IMG/VR virus record: IMGVR_UViG_3300027747_002427
From: a virus
Taxonomy: Duplodnaviria; Caudoviricetes
DNA: 64,000 nt
Direction: 5' to 3' (one strand)
Made by a program: the position numbers and the translations under genes. Under the pieces are notes generated by a model, which was not told where the DNA came from, did no database searches, and saw only the letters and a list, made by a program, of their open reading frames with translations. This document shows positions 46,723 to 57,222 of the stretch, piece by piece. The number at the start of each line of letters is the position of its first letter. The first letter of the stretch is position 1.

Positions 46723-47627
46723 TGGATACACTTTATAACACAACTATTATTGAAACCAATGGAGTAAGATCCATAGCGGGTGGTGGTACTGGAGCATCAA
46801 CAGCTTCTAATGCTTTGAAAAGTTTATTAAGTGCCACTAATATTAACGTTGGCATAGCAACAGGAGCAACAACACCTAGCAGAGCTTTAACAGTCAATGG
46901 TGAATTTTTAGCAACGGGCAATGTTTATGGAGATAATGCTACTTTCACAACTGGTACATTCACAACATCTGTTACATCTCCATCTATAAGTTCTACTAAA
47001 TTATTTTTTGGAACCGGCAATCAAATGGTACTATCAGACGGTTTTGTAACCAATAATGCAGGTAATGGTCCTAATACATTATCATTAAATTTTAACAATG
47101 GAGTTTATATGGGTCTTAGTGGTAATAGTTCTTTATATGCTTTAGGAGTTCCGAAGTTTTATACCATACTTTCTCCGGTGCCAACATTATTAAATATATC
47201 AGTTTCACCATTACCATTTTTTAATGCCTTATATCCTACAATAGATTATTTAACTCCAGATTCTGTTTATGAAATAGAATATAGTTTATATTTTTATAAA
47301 AATACAGCAGGAATTGTAACATATCAGCTATCAGCTAGTAATACACTTAATTTAATATCTTCTCAATATTATCAAGGTCCACCGACCGGTGTAGCAGCTG
47401 TAGGCAATGCAGCTTCTGCAGGAGTTTTAGCAACGTCTAAAAATTCAGTAAACCTACCAGGAACAGTATCTTTAACAACTTCTGTTTCTCATAATGCTTT
47501 TATTAAAGCATTAGTAAAAACCTCAGGCCTCGCTTCCAATATAGTCCTTAATGTTTTTGTTAACCAAGGTGGAGGCACTTTAGATCCTTTACCAGGTAGT
47601 TATAGAAAGATAACAAAAATTACATAA
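46722..47627 (+). CDS. Short tail-fibre-like protein
   Basis: GGGTGASTASNAL and VGIATGATTPSRALTVNG fibre motifs; C-terminal C1q-like/jelly-roll beta tip ending GSYRKITKI. Confidence 0.7.
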   Translation: MDTLYNTTIIETNGVRSIAGGGTGASTASNALKSLLSATNINVGIATGATTPSRALTVNGEFLATGNVYGDNATFTTGTFTTSVTSPSISSTKLFFGTGNQMVLSDGFVTNNAGNGPNTLSLNFNNGVYMGLSGNSSLYALGVPKFYTILSPVPTLLNISVSPLPFFNALYPTIDYLTPDSVYEIEYSLYFYKNTAGIVTYQLSASNTLNLISSQYYQGPPTGVAAVGNAASAGVLATSKNSVNLPGTVSLTTSVSHNAFIKALVKTSGLASNIVLNVFVNQGGGTLDPLPGSYRKITKIT

Positions 47628-47632
47628 TTGTT

Positions 47633-48637
47633 ATGGCAACTTTAACAACAACAAATGTAAATGTTAATTGGGTAAAAGCTACATCATTTCCTCAATATCC
47701 CTGGAATGCTCCTTCATATGGTAATAAAAAATTTGTTGCTGTTACTAGTGATGGTACGAATTCATATTCGGTTTATACAGAAGATGGATTGACCGGAACA
47801 ACAGCAGCTATGCCAGCTACTCAGTCCGCAGTGACTTGGAATTTTACGGCATTTGGTAATGGAAGATTTGTTGCTATAGGTACTAAACCCAATAATACTA
47901 CTCAATTTTGTGCATATTCCACAGATAATGCAGCTACTTGGACAGCTGGTGGAAATTTATATAACGTTAATACATATATATCATTAGGATTTGCCAGTAC
48001 TAGATTTATAGCAACAGCGGGTACTGGCTATCAATGGACATCATATTCTAATGATGGGGTTACCTGGACCGCGGGAGGAAATTTGCCTACAATCGTAGAA
48101 GCTAAAGGTTCAGCATATGGCAATGGCAGATATATGATAATTCCTGATGCCAGTAATGGTGTTAGTGGTAATGTTGTTTATACAGATAACGAAGGGGCTA
48201 CCTGGTCTCAAGGAGGACTTCTTCCTGGTGGGTCATATCCGAACATTAGGTATTGGAGAGGATTAAGTTATGGAAGAGGTAAATTCGTAGCTATATGTTC
48301 TTTGGGAGGCCTTCCAGCATATTCAATTGACGGCGGATTGACTTGGCAGGATGGAAAAATATATGGAGATGATAATAGTAGTTTAAACCTTACATCATTA
48401 ACTTACGGCAATGGTATATTTTTAGCACATTCATTTAACGGTAGCACTGGAATGTACTCTTACGATGGTATAAATTGGATTAAGGTTAATCTAGCTAGTG
48501 GCGGATATGGCTCTGTAATTTATGGTAATGGTAGATTTGTAGTTTTTAATGGCTTTAATGCTCCCTATAACCCAGCATATATATTAGACAATAATTTAGC
48601 TTGTGCATTTACACCTACCATTTCTGTAATTAATTAA
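47633..48637 (+). CDS. Beta-propeller with YGNG.FVA / YS.DG.TW (BNR/Asp-box-like) repeats
   Basis: About seven repeats of (Y/F)GNG(R/K)F(V/I)A...S.D(G/N)..W. Confidence 0.78.
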   Translation: MATLTTTNVNVNWVKATSFPQYPWNAPSYGNKKFVAVTSDGTNSYSVYTEDGLTGTTAAMPATQSAVTWNFTAFGNGRFVAIGTKPNNTTQFCAYSTDNAATWTAGGNLYNVNTYISLGFASTRFIATAGTGYQWTSYSNDGVTWTAGGNLPTIVEAKGSAYGNGRYMIIPDASNGVSGNVVYTDNEGATWSQGGLLPGGSYPNIRYWRGLSYGRGKFVAICSLGGLPAYSIDGGLTWQDGKIYGDDNSSLNLTSLTYGNGIFLAHSFNGSTGMYSYDGINWIKVNLASGGYGSVIYGNGRFVVFNGFNAPYNPAYILDNNLACAFTPTISVIN

Positions 48638-48649
48638 TAGGTATAATAA

Positions 48650-49468
48650 ATGAATTCGCAAGAAATACTGTTGTCATTAACTGGTGGCTTATCGGCTGGA
48701 ATAGAAGGTTCTAGAGCCATTCCATATTTATTAGCTGACGAAACGTATGCTGGTATTGAATTTGGTAATTCTACAACAAGAGGTACATTATGTGCCAAAT
48801 ATATTGCTTTAGATTATACAGCAGCAAGTACTTATATAATTAATAATTTTGGACCTACAACTATAACATTCAACCCTTCCGCCATAAAATTACCTAATAA
48901 GATTAATAGAATTGTTTGGAGTTTTAATGACGGTAGTCCAGATATAGTAAAAAGTTTTTATTATGCTCCTACTTCTTCAGACACATCAAAATTGCCTTAT
49001 CCAGATGAACCAGGAGATCCTAGAAATTTTACTATAACAAAAACATTTGCTACATCAGAATATTTTAATAAAACATTTACAGCTCAGGCTCAAGTATATC
49101 AATTAGGCAAACCCGATTTCGTGGATATTTTTTATATAATAAATATTATAGCACCGAACATGGATGGTTTAAATAGTGGTTTCTTTGAGGAAATGCATTT
49201 AGTATCAACTAAAATGTTTGGACCCAATGATGACATTCTTTATGTATTTGAAACCAAAAATCCAAAATACATAGTACCTATGTTGGTTAATTGGCATGAA
49301 ATTCCTAAAGCACCACTAGCAGATACAAATATAAAAGTAATACACAGAAGACCTTATAGATTATTACAGCCTTATGAATTAGATAGTTTGAATTTAAACC
49401 CTCAAATCAGGGTGATAGATTTTGTACCTTCATCTAATAAAGCAGGGGATAAAGGAGCATTATTATGA
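48650..49468 (+). CDS. Hypothetical structural protein
   Basis: 272-aa ORF in the tail block; partial PKD-like VWSFNDGS. Confidence 0.65.
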   Translation: MNSQEILLSLTGGLSAGIEGSRAIPYLLADETYAGIEFGNSTTRGTLCAKYIALDYTAASTYIINNFGPTTITFNPSAIKLPNKINRIVWSFNDGSPDIVKSFYYAPTSSDTSKLPYPDEPGDPRNFTITKTFATSEYFNKTFTAQAQVYQLGKPDFVDIFYIINIIAPNMDGLNSGFFEEMHLVSTKMFGPNDDILYVFETKNPKYIVPMLVNWHEIPKAPLADTNIKVIHRRPYRLLQPYELDSLNLNPQIRVIDFVPSSNKAGDKGALL

Positions 49469-50178
49469 GTATATTTAGTAGTGAATATAATAACGGAGAA
49501 TTATGGTTGAGAACCTTAAACGGGAAAATAGAAGCATCTAATAAAATTCTATCGGCTGTATATGCAAAATACCAAGATGTTAATCCTACATTCTATAGAG
49601 AATTAAATACAAATAATATTTCTAAGTTTGATATATTTTATGATGTAATATATGTCGAAACAGAAACTGGGTTTATTTTTGAAAAAATAAAAGTTAATAC
49701 AGATGGAATTATTGTACCGTTCCAAAACAATAGTTCTTTTAATAAAATATCCCAGGTACCTATAGATTATTGGTTTGATGAAACAAATTTTAAAATTTAT
49801 TTTGTTACTATAAGATCTGGTATTCAACAAATTAAAACAGCTATAGAAGAAGCGACTTTTGATTTTTATATAACTATAACCGAATATGATTGTAAAGATG
49901 GAGAAATATATTTGGCATTTAATAGCCATATAACAATACCACTTTTAGGAGCAAATAATTGGGGTGGTGATAAAGCTAATTTAGAAAAACCAAAAATTTG
50001 TTATAATAGAGATACCAAGCGATATAATGTATCTTTCGTTGTTAGAAATAATGCATATGTTTTAGGCCTTTTGAGTTTAAATTTTGTTAACCATAAAGAA
50101 TTTACTTTAGAAACATTAAATGCTCTTCTCCCATTTGCAAATAATTTTGGTCAATACAAAATAACAAACCTGCTTTGA
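49465..50178 (+). CDS. Hypothetical structural protein
   Basis: 237-aa ORF, ATGA overlap. Confidence 0.65.
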   Translation: MSIFSSEYNNGELWLRTLNGKIEASNKILSAVYAKYQDVNPTFYRELNTNNISKFDIFYDVIYVETETGFIFEKIKVNTDGIIVPFQNNSSFNKISQVPIDYWFDETNFKIYFVTIRSGIQQIKTAIEEATFDFYITITEYDCKDGEIYLAFNSHITIPLLGANNWGGDKANLEKPKICYNRDTKRYNVSFVVRNNAYVLGLLSLNFVNHKEFTLETLNALLPFANNFGQYKITNLL

Positions 50179-50207
50179 AAACAAAGATTTTACACTAAAT
50201 ATTGATA

Positions 50208-53200
50208 ATGGTAAGTGTAAATCTATATACAAATTTATCTACAGTTAATTGTAACCCTGTAAAATTTTCTATTTTAGGCAACCAATTTACAACAAGCCCT
50301 ACTCCAATTATTTTTAGTAATGGATTAAGAGCTAATGTTGATGAATTTCTTAGTAATTGTATTAGTTTTACAACTAATAACAAAACCGGATTATTTCTAA
50401 CCGATACTAAAAAGGCTTCCGAATTTTTAACAGATGATTTAAAACCAAAAGATACTGGTCTGTTAACAGAAATAGATAGTCCGGTTATTGGTCAAAGTTT
50501 AATTAAAAGTCCAGTAGCAGATCATAATTTAGAATTATTAACGTTAATAAAAGTACAAGACAATTATCAATGGGCTGTAACTGGTGTTTCTTCTTTTAAT
50601 CAAAATGATGTATTTAGATTTGTATTTCAACCAGATAATTCTGTAATAGTAGAATCTGTAAAAACCAAATATCTTCTTACAAGTCTTTTTGAAGGATTTA
50701 ATGGTCTTATATTTCACCCAGTAATTACACCTATTTTAAGTGCTAAAAATTTCTATATAGATGCTCAAAGATTTGATTATGCATTAGGACCAGACACTAT
50801 TAGTTTATTTAGAATTAATGATGATTTATTATTACCTCGTTTTGAACAAGCTGTTGTAAAATTTAGTAATAATTTTTATGGATTAAGTTCTTTAGCTTAT
50901 CTTACATCTGCCTATAAATTTCCAAAAGAAGCATCTCTTAATTTTATTTCATACAAAGAAAAACCATCTCTCAATAGTGATGTTAAAGATAGCTTTTTAG
51001 TAAAATATAAAGTTAATCCTTTAAATAATCAAAATACATTAACTTTAGATTTAAGTACTATAAACTCTCAATACTCTCAAAATTATTTAGGAATATTTCC
51101 TCCAGAGTATTATATACAAACAACACAAGGAGTAACTTATCCGTTAGCTCTACATGGTCTTAAAAATTATCAAACACCAGAATACAATTATAGCTTTGGT
51201 CTAGAATACGTTCAGGGTCAAAAAGGAATCAGAAGAAAATATGAAAACGTGTATTCCGGAACTAACCAAGATAAAGGATTAGATAATGTTTATCTAGGTT
51301 TTACTTCAGACACTATTGAAATGGATTTTCCGCCTGATAAAGATAGTCCATTTTATTTTGGCCCTACATCAAAAAGAATACCTTTAAGTTCTTCCGGTCT
51401 TATTGAAGATGGTGCTATTCCAGGTGAGACTCCATTTGCTTCTGATAGAATTTATATCAAGCTTCAAGATTATTCTGAAAAAATACCAGACTCCCCTCAG
51501 CCTCCTTCTATTACTCGCTATAGTAATACTTGGTTATGTTCTTGGTTATCTGGTAGTATGGATGGGAATAAAGTATGGATGGATAGATATTATAACCCAG
51601 CATACTACACAATTGATCAAGCTCTATCTACTAAATTGATGGTATATCACGATAGATTAAATACGACAGAAAATTATACATTTGATATGCCGTCGCAAAT
51701 GTATTTAGAACCTGGAGTTTTATATCGTTATTTTCATACAGGAAAAGAAAATAGATTAAATTATATTCAACATCTTTCTTCTAATTCTATTTTACAAGTA
51801 ACTAAATGGGATTCTTCTCCTTTAATGGATGAGTCACCTAATCAAGGTGAAGGTATATTATATTTTAATAAAGAATCTAATTTATTAGGTGATAGTTTAA
51901 ATTTAGATGGAACTAATCACGTTCTTTTTCCAGCCACTACAGAATTGTTATCCCAAAACCAATTAACTGTTTCTATGTGGTTGAATACAGAAGACTGGCA
52001 GAATATGTCTGGAAAACAAATATTTGGTAATTATTATGATAGTGGATTTGGTCTTATAAATGAAGGATCTTTAACAACCCCAATTATTACCTTAGTAGAT
52101 AGTAATGATACTTCCAATTACAAAAATAAAATATACAATCTAAATTATAGATTTTCAAATTTAGAAAATTTAACTGCCCAAAATATATCTTTTTCTAAGG
52201 GCAATAAAATAGTTCAAAGGTTGATAGATTATACCTATTGGGTTTTTGATACAAAAGGTTTGGCTGGAATTAAATATGATATTAACAATCAACCACTATT
52301 TCAAACTAATAATATATTAAATGCTAAAACTCATTTAGTTAATTCATTAAGTTCTATATCTCAAATAGAAACAGACAAATACGAAAACTTATATATATTT
52401 GATAATGTTACAAAAAATTATGTAGTTTTAGACACAAACGGTAATTACAAATCTAACGGTTCTTTATCCAAAGATGTTAATTCTATTCAAATAGATTTAA
52501 ATGGAAACATAATATCTTGTTTCGGTTTACAATCTGCTGTAGATAACCAAAACAATATATGGGAAATAATTGGTGGTAATCTTTATAGGAATAAAGCAAT
52601 ATTTGGAAATATAGGTTATGTGCAGCAAATAAGTTTTGATGCAGACAATTATATTTGGGTATTACACGGACAAGATAGTTTGACTAAAATAAACGTTTTA
52701 AATAATCAAATAATATTTTCAAAAAGATTAGGAAAATATTCTACATTACCTCCTGATCCTTGTTTTGATTATACAAAACAAACAAGATTTATGAATTTTG
52801 TAAGAGTGCCTAAAGATAGTAATTCAGATCCTTGTAATACGACTTTGGTATCAACTGAAGATCGACTCATATTGGTAGACCTGAATGATGACAATATATA
52901 CACTATCAACAGTAGCGGGAATATTATAACTAAATTAAATCTTGTAGGATTAACTAATAATTTAAATGTTAATATGTTTTCTTTTGGAGATTTTACAGGA
53001 TATCAATATCTTAGAAAATATGCTAGTATTAATAAACAATTAAGTTGGAAACTTAAATTAGCTACACCTAACGGTAAAAACCCAAGCCCTTCTGTTAATA
53101 TAAAAATATTACCTTATGACATTAATAATTTAAGTCCTGGGTGGCATCATTTTACTTTGGCATTTGATGGTGTCAATGGAACAATCAAAGCTTATTTAGA

Positions 53201-53672
53201 TTCTGTTCAACAAGGCGATACTGTTACATTCTCTCCACACGTTTACCAATTATATTATATATACAGAACATCTTTATTATTAGGTTGTGAAACTATACAA
53301 AATACAACTTTAAATGATATTATAGCCATAGATAATGGTTACAAATTTACTGGACAAGTTGCAGAATTAAGACTTTATAATAAGTCTTTAACTCAAGGAG
53401 AAATAGAACAATTATATTTTTCATCTAAACACGCCGCAGATGATAGGTCTCTATTGTGGAATATGTCTGTAGGTGAGAGAAGTTATATAGAACAAATCAA
53501 ACACTGGTATAAAATGCAATTACCTGGCAGTAAAAGTAAATATTATAACATTAATATACATAATTTAAATGTTCCAGATCAAGTTAAACAAATAATAGAA
53601 AATGGCATCAAGAACAATTTAAATAAAATAGCACCTACTAATACTTCTTTATACAAAATTAATTGGAAATAA
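50208..53672 (+). CDS. Large virion protein with a LamG/concanavalin-like domain interrupted by a beta-propeller; start revised to ATG 50208
   Basis: SLNLDGTN..LTVSMWL (LamG first half), D..N.W/YI propeller repeats, then WHHFTLAFDG..IKAYLD..FTGQVAELRLYNKSL (second half); TAAATA at 50196-50201. Confidence 0.75.
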   Translation: MVSVNLYTNLSTVNCNPVKFSILGNQFTTSPTPIIFSNGLRANVDEFLSNCISFTTNNKTGLFLTDTKKASEFLTDDLKPKDTGLLTEIDSPVIGQSLIKSPVADHNLELLTLIKVQDNYQWAVTGVSSFNQNDVFRFVFQPDNSVIVESVKTKYLLTSLFEGFNGLIFHPVITPILSAKNFYIDAQRFDYALGPDTISLFRINDDLLLPRFEQAVVKFSNNFYGLSSLAYLTSAYKFPKEASLNFISYKEKPSLNSDVKDSFLVKYKVNPLNNQNTLTLDLSTINSQYSQNYLGIFPPEYYIQTTQGVTYPLALHGLKNYQTPEYNYSFGLEYVQGQKGIRRKYENVYSGTNQDKGLDNVYLGFTSDTIEMDFPPDKDSPFYFGPTSKRIPLSSSGLIEDGAIPGETPFASDRIYIKLQDYSEKIPDSPQPPSITRYSNTWLCSWLSGSMDGNKVWMDRYYNPAYYTIDQALSTKLMVYHDRLNTTENYTFDMPSQMYLEPGVLYRYFHTGKENRLNYIQHLSSNSILQVTKWDSSPLMDESPNQGEGILYFNKESNLLGDSLNLDGTNHVLFPATTELLSQNQLTVSMWLNTEDWQNMSGKQIFGNYYDSGFGLINEGSLTTPIITLVDSNDTSNYKNKIYNLNYRFSNLENLTAQNISFSKGNKIVQRLIDYTYWVFDTKGLAGIKYDINNQPLFQTNNILNAKTHLVNSLSSISQIETDKYENLYIFDNVTKNYVVLDTNGNYKSNGSLSKDVNSIQIDLNGNIISCFGLQSAVDNQNNIWEIIGGNLYRNKAIFGNIGYVQQISFDADNYIWVLHGQDSLTKINVLNNQIIFSKRLGKYSTLPPDPCFDYTKQTRFMNFVRVPKDSNSDPCNTTLVSTEDRLILVDLNDDNIYTINSSGNIITKLNLVGLTNNLNVNMFSFGDFTGYQYLRKYASINKQLSWKLKLATPNGKNPSPSVNIKILPYDINNLSPGWHHFTLAFDGVNGTIKAYLDSVQQGDTVTFSPHVYQLYYIYRTSLLLGCETIQNTTLNDIIAIDNGYKFTGQVAELRLYNKSLTQGEIEQLYFSSKHAADDRSLLWNMSVGERSYIEQIKHWYKMQLPGSKSKYYNINIHNLNVPDQVKQIIENGIKNNLNKIAPTNTSLYKINWK

Positions 53673-53673
53673 T

Positions 53674-54492
53674 ATGGCAGACCTCGACACACTTTTTACT
53701 AAAATAGACCAGACGTGTTCTAACATATTTTTGTTAGATGAAAATTTGTGTCTGTCTAATTCTTTAAAAGTTATTAATACCAACGTAGTCAATCTTAGTA
53801 CTTCTATAAACTATATTCAAACCACATCAAATTATTTAAATAAAGTCTATACTCTTTTTTCTAATAATAGTGCAGCTTGGATAGAAGCAAGTAATAATGT
53901 GGCTTATACTTCTGCTACTTGGATCCAAGATTTTAAAACTGTAACATCTTTAAGTGGTACTTGGGCTAATGAATTTGCTCTATACTACAATACGTTATTT
54001 GAAATTCAAGACTGGAAAACTAATAATGTAACATATTCAACAAACAACATCCTTAATTGGTTAAATGTTAATTTTCCCGTATCAAATTTTACAGTCAATC
54101 AAATTGTTTCTGTTTATGTAAATCTTTACGAAAATTATCAATTTGATTTAGCAAGTGGATTTAAAGCTTCATATACTCATGACTGCCACGTACCGAATGG
54201 TGGAGGCACAGTAACTTGTAATGGTCAATGTGGAAGACCTAGCAGAGGATGCAACCACCACGGAGGTAAAGCTGGTAAAGGTGGTTGTACCAATGCTTAT
54301 GATGGATGTAGTGTTACTGTAACTGGAGGAGCTAATGTTACTTGTACTTGCCCAGGTTATGGTGGCAAAACTTTAAAAATACCATCTGATGGATCTTCTT
54401 ATAATTATTATGTCACGGATAGATTCTGTGCAAAATCTGTAAGAGTAAGATACAAGTATAATAATCGATCTTCGTCTTGGAGTAAAATATAA
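53674..54492 (+). CDS. Short fibre paralogue A with Cys/His-rich tip insert
   Basis: CLSNSLKVINTN N-motif; NSA.W repeats; WLNVNFP; HDCHVP..C..QC..GCNHH..GC..GC..CTC. Confidence 0.72.
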   Translation: MADLDTLFTKIDQTCSNIFLLDENLCLSNSLKVINTNVVNLSTSINYIQTTSNYLNKVYTLFSNNSAAWIEASNNVAYTSATWIQDFKTVTSLSGTWANEFALYYNTLFEIQDWKTNNVTYSTNNILNWLNVNFPVSNFTVNQIVSVYVNLYENYQFDLASGFKASYTHDCHVPNGGGTVTCNGQCGRPSRGCNHHGGKAGKGGCTNAYDGCSVTVTGGANVTCTCPGYGGKTLKIPSDGSSYNYYVTDRFCAKSVRVRYKYNNRSSSWSKI

Positions 54493-55301
54493 TGAGCTAC
54501 ACATTTTTCAATATACCAACTTCTTATTCCATAGGAGATTCTTTATCAACAGTAAATTTGAATTACGAAACTTTGGATACTTGGATTGGATCGGTACAAT
54601 TAAGTGCTCAAAATCTTTGGAAACCTCTTGTTGAATACTATCAAGTTAAAAGTATTTTATTTAAAAATGCTGCAGCAATTGGTACATTGTGGAAACCTTC
54701 TTGGGATAATTGTGTGACTCAAGTTCAAATTAATAGTGCTAAATGGTTAGAACCTGTAGTAGTTTTTTATCCAGTAGTATTAACTGGTACAGATTTAGCT
54801 GTAGAAGGATTTGTAACGTCTCGATCCATAGAACAAGCTACTGTAGCACCTACAACAGAAAAAAAAATAACCAAATGGCTTAATGATAATTTTTCAGCAA
54901 ATTCCGGTCTTGGCGGATCAACAGCATATATAGAAAATCAAATAGCTTATGTTTATGCTTTAAAACAAGAATCATCTACGCCCATATCAACTGTAAGATT
55001 ATTACAAGATACCGGAGCTTGTTCTACTAATGATGTAACTATTACAACATATTGTACTAATCACTATAGTGGTTATGTATATTGCAGTAATGGAGACTTT
55101 AATTGCAATGGACAATCTAATGGATGTAATCAATCGGCTACCTGCCCATGTAGTTACCCTCAAACCGGTACTCACTATTATAATCCAGTTATTAGAGCTT
55201 ATTTAAATTTTAATTATTCTAATAATTATGAATCATCTAATATATCTTGTTTAGTGTATATAATGCAAAACTGTAAATGGATATACAGCACACAAATATG
55301 A
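54492..55301 (+). CDS. Short fibre paralogue B with Cys-rich tip insert
   Basis: SIGDSLSTVNLNYETLD; NSAKW; WLNDNF; GAC..YC..YC..NC..GC..CPC. Confidence 0.72.
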   Translation: MSYTFFNIPTSYSIGDSLSTVNLNYETLDTWIGSVQLSAQNLWKPLVEYYQVKSILFKNAAAIGTLWKPSWDNCVTQVQINSAKWLEPVVVFYPVVLTGTDLAVEGFVTSRSIEQATVAPTTEKKITKWLNDNFSANSGLGGSTAYIENQIAYVYALKQESSTPISTVRLLQDTGACSTNDVTITTYCTNHYSGYVYCSNGDFNCNGQSNGCNQSATCPCSYPQTGTHYYNPVIRAYLNFNYSNNYESSNISCLVYIMQNCKWIYSTQI

Positions 55302-56860
55302 GAACATTAACCTTAGAAATTAAAAGAGAAGAATGTGTTGGTGATTCTATAGCCAAACATAATTACAATTTATTATCTCTCGATACAACCGTATGTAATT
55401 TATCTTCAGATATTTATAAAAAAAATAACATCTTGACTTGGTTTAATGATATATCCGCCAATTCTACGATTTATAATAAAATGGCATTAGATTTTTCTAA
55501 CGATGCTGTGGAAAAATATAATATAAATCACACGTCTATTAGTACATTAAGTTCATATTGGCATACTTCAGATTTTACAGTTCAATATGAACATAACAAT
55601 TATAACTCAGACAGTTTTAATAATGCTAGTGATGGTTCTATAGTCAATGCCTACACCCTCAGTACAACTATAGATACTATACAAACTAATTCTTTAAATT
55701 ATTTAAATACGAATTTCCCACCAACCAATTATAATATCGGTTCTATGGTTAATGTTGTTGTTTTTATATACAATGTATTACTAGATAAATCTACAAATAA
55801 TAATTCTTCTATTTGTTATATACCAACAGAACCTTCCACCAGTTTAAACGTAGGGTCCGGAGCAAATGCTTCTAATATTTTAGCTGATGCCCGTATAGAC
55901 GATTATACAGTTCATTATACATATACTTCTTCCCCAAATCCTCTTGGTGGTGATAATAATAGTATTTCAATATTGACTCCTTCTGGTTCCACTTATATAA
56001 CGAATAACGCAAACATACGCACAGCCGCAGCGTCTCCTACTTCACCTTCTTATAATATTCGTTATTTGAGTGAAACATTTACTTCATCTGGATCTTGGAC
56101 AGTTCCAGCTGGTGTTTCATCTGTAACGGTTTTTGCGGTTGGAGGTGGTGGATCTGGAGGATCTTATAATGCAAATGGTGGATATGCTGGTGGTGGTGGT
56201 GGTGGTGGTATTTCTTCTGGCAAAGTTGACGTGACACCTGGTAGCGTAATAAATTATACCGTAGGAGCTGGTGGTATTGGTTCTATATCAAGTTCTGGGG
56301 CAACCGGAGCTGGTGGCAATACTACATTTGGTAATATAATAGCTTATGGAGGTCAAGCTGGTACTGGATCAGCAAATGGCGGAGGAGGTATACCTGGTAC
56401 TGGAAACTATGCGACTGGTGGTGTAGGAGGTGGAGATCAACGAGACGGAGCAGCAGGACCTATATATGACGGAACTCAATATTCTGGTGGTGGTGGTGGA
56501 CGTATATCAGGCAGAGGCGGTCTAGGTGGTGGTGGAGATCATAATGTAAGTGGATTTTTCTACGGAGCTGGTGGAGGTGGATCTGATGATGTGCGTACAA
56601 CCGGAGGAGTTATTGGTAATGGTTATTCCGGTTTGCTTGTTATCTCATATGCCGTGTATACAGCAACTTCTGTTACAATTGCATCAAATGCAACAACAAC
56701 AGCTCCAGCTCCAGCTTCTTATGCAGCTGGTTCATCTTATTATAGAACTATATTAGTTGATTTTACTCACCAAGAAATGCAAGTAGCAAAAGTTTATACT
56801 TTAAAATATATTCAGCAAAATAATACCTGGATTTATACCGGCGCAACAATTAGTAATTAA
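55298..56860 (+). CDS. Short fibre paralogue C with Gly-rich domain insert; start revised to ATG 55298
   Basis: ATGA overlap with the upstream stop; CVGDSIAKHNYNLLSLD; YLNTNFP; FTSSGSWTVPAGVSSVTVFAVGGGG...GYSGLLVISY. Confidence 0.75.
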   Translation: MRTLTLEIKREECVGDSIAKHNYNLLSLDTTVCNLSSDIYKKNNILTWFNDISANSTIYNKMALDFSNDAVEKYNINHTSISTLSSYWHTSDFTVQYEHNNYNSDSFNNASDGSIVNAYTLSTTIDTIQTNSLNYLNTNFPPTNYNIGSMVNVVVFIYNVLLDKSTNNNSSICYIPTEPSTSLNVGSGANASNILADARIDDYTVHYTYTSSPNPLGGDNNSISILTPSGSTYITNNANIRTAAASPTSPSYNIRYLSETFTSSGSWTVPAGVSSVTVFAVGGGGSGGSYNANGGYAGGGGGGGISSGKVDVTPGSVINYTVGAGGIGSISSSGATGAGGNTTFGNIIAYGGQAGTGSANGGGGIPGTGNYATGGVGGGDQRDGAAGPIYDGTQYSGGGGGRISGRGGLGGGGDHNVSGFFYGAGGGGSDDVRTTGGVIGNGYSGLLVISYAVYTATSVTIASNATTTAPAPASYAAGSSYYRTILVDFTHQEMQVAKVYTLKYIQQNNTWIYTGATISN

Positions 56861-57217
56861 ATGTTAGCTCTTTTTAATAAAAATAAACAATTAATAGGAT
56901 ATGCTCCTAATATTTTAGAAGATAATAGTTTTCAAGGATATCTCAAAGAAATACCTCTAGAATTTTCAAACCTAAAAGAGTGGCATTGGGAAGGAGATTT
57001 TGATAATGGTAAAATGGTATCTAATAGGAAAATAATCGAATTGGACAATGAAGCTAAGGCGCTTAAAGAAATAATAGAAAAGTATCCTCTAGGTATTCAA
57101 ATAACTAATATTATAAGACAATTGCATTTAATATCTAAAAATGCCAATCTTTTTAATAATGATTTTAAAGAAATGAGTACAGACGTACTAGATATTTTAT
57201 CAAAATATAATAAATAA
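56861..57217 (+). CDS. Hypothetical protein, possible fibre assembly chaperone
   Basis: 118-aa ORF directly after the fibre paralogues. Confidence 0.6.
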   Translation: MLALFNKNKQLIGYAPNILEDNSFQGYLKEIPLEFSNLKEWHWEGDFDNGKMVSNRKIIELDNEAKALKEIIEKYPLGIQITNIIRQLHLISKNANLFNNDFKEMSTDVLDILSKYNK

Positions 57218-57222
57218 AATAA

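Noticed and set aside
56189-56209. (GGT)7 microsatellite as a phase-variation switch
   Set aside because: A triplet unit in frame only changes the Gly count.
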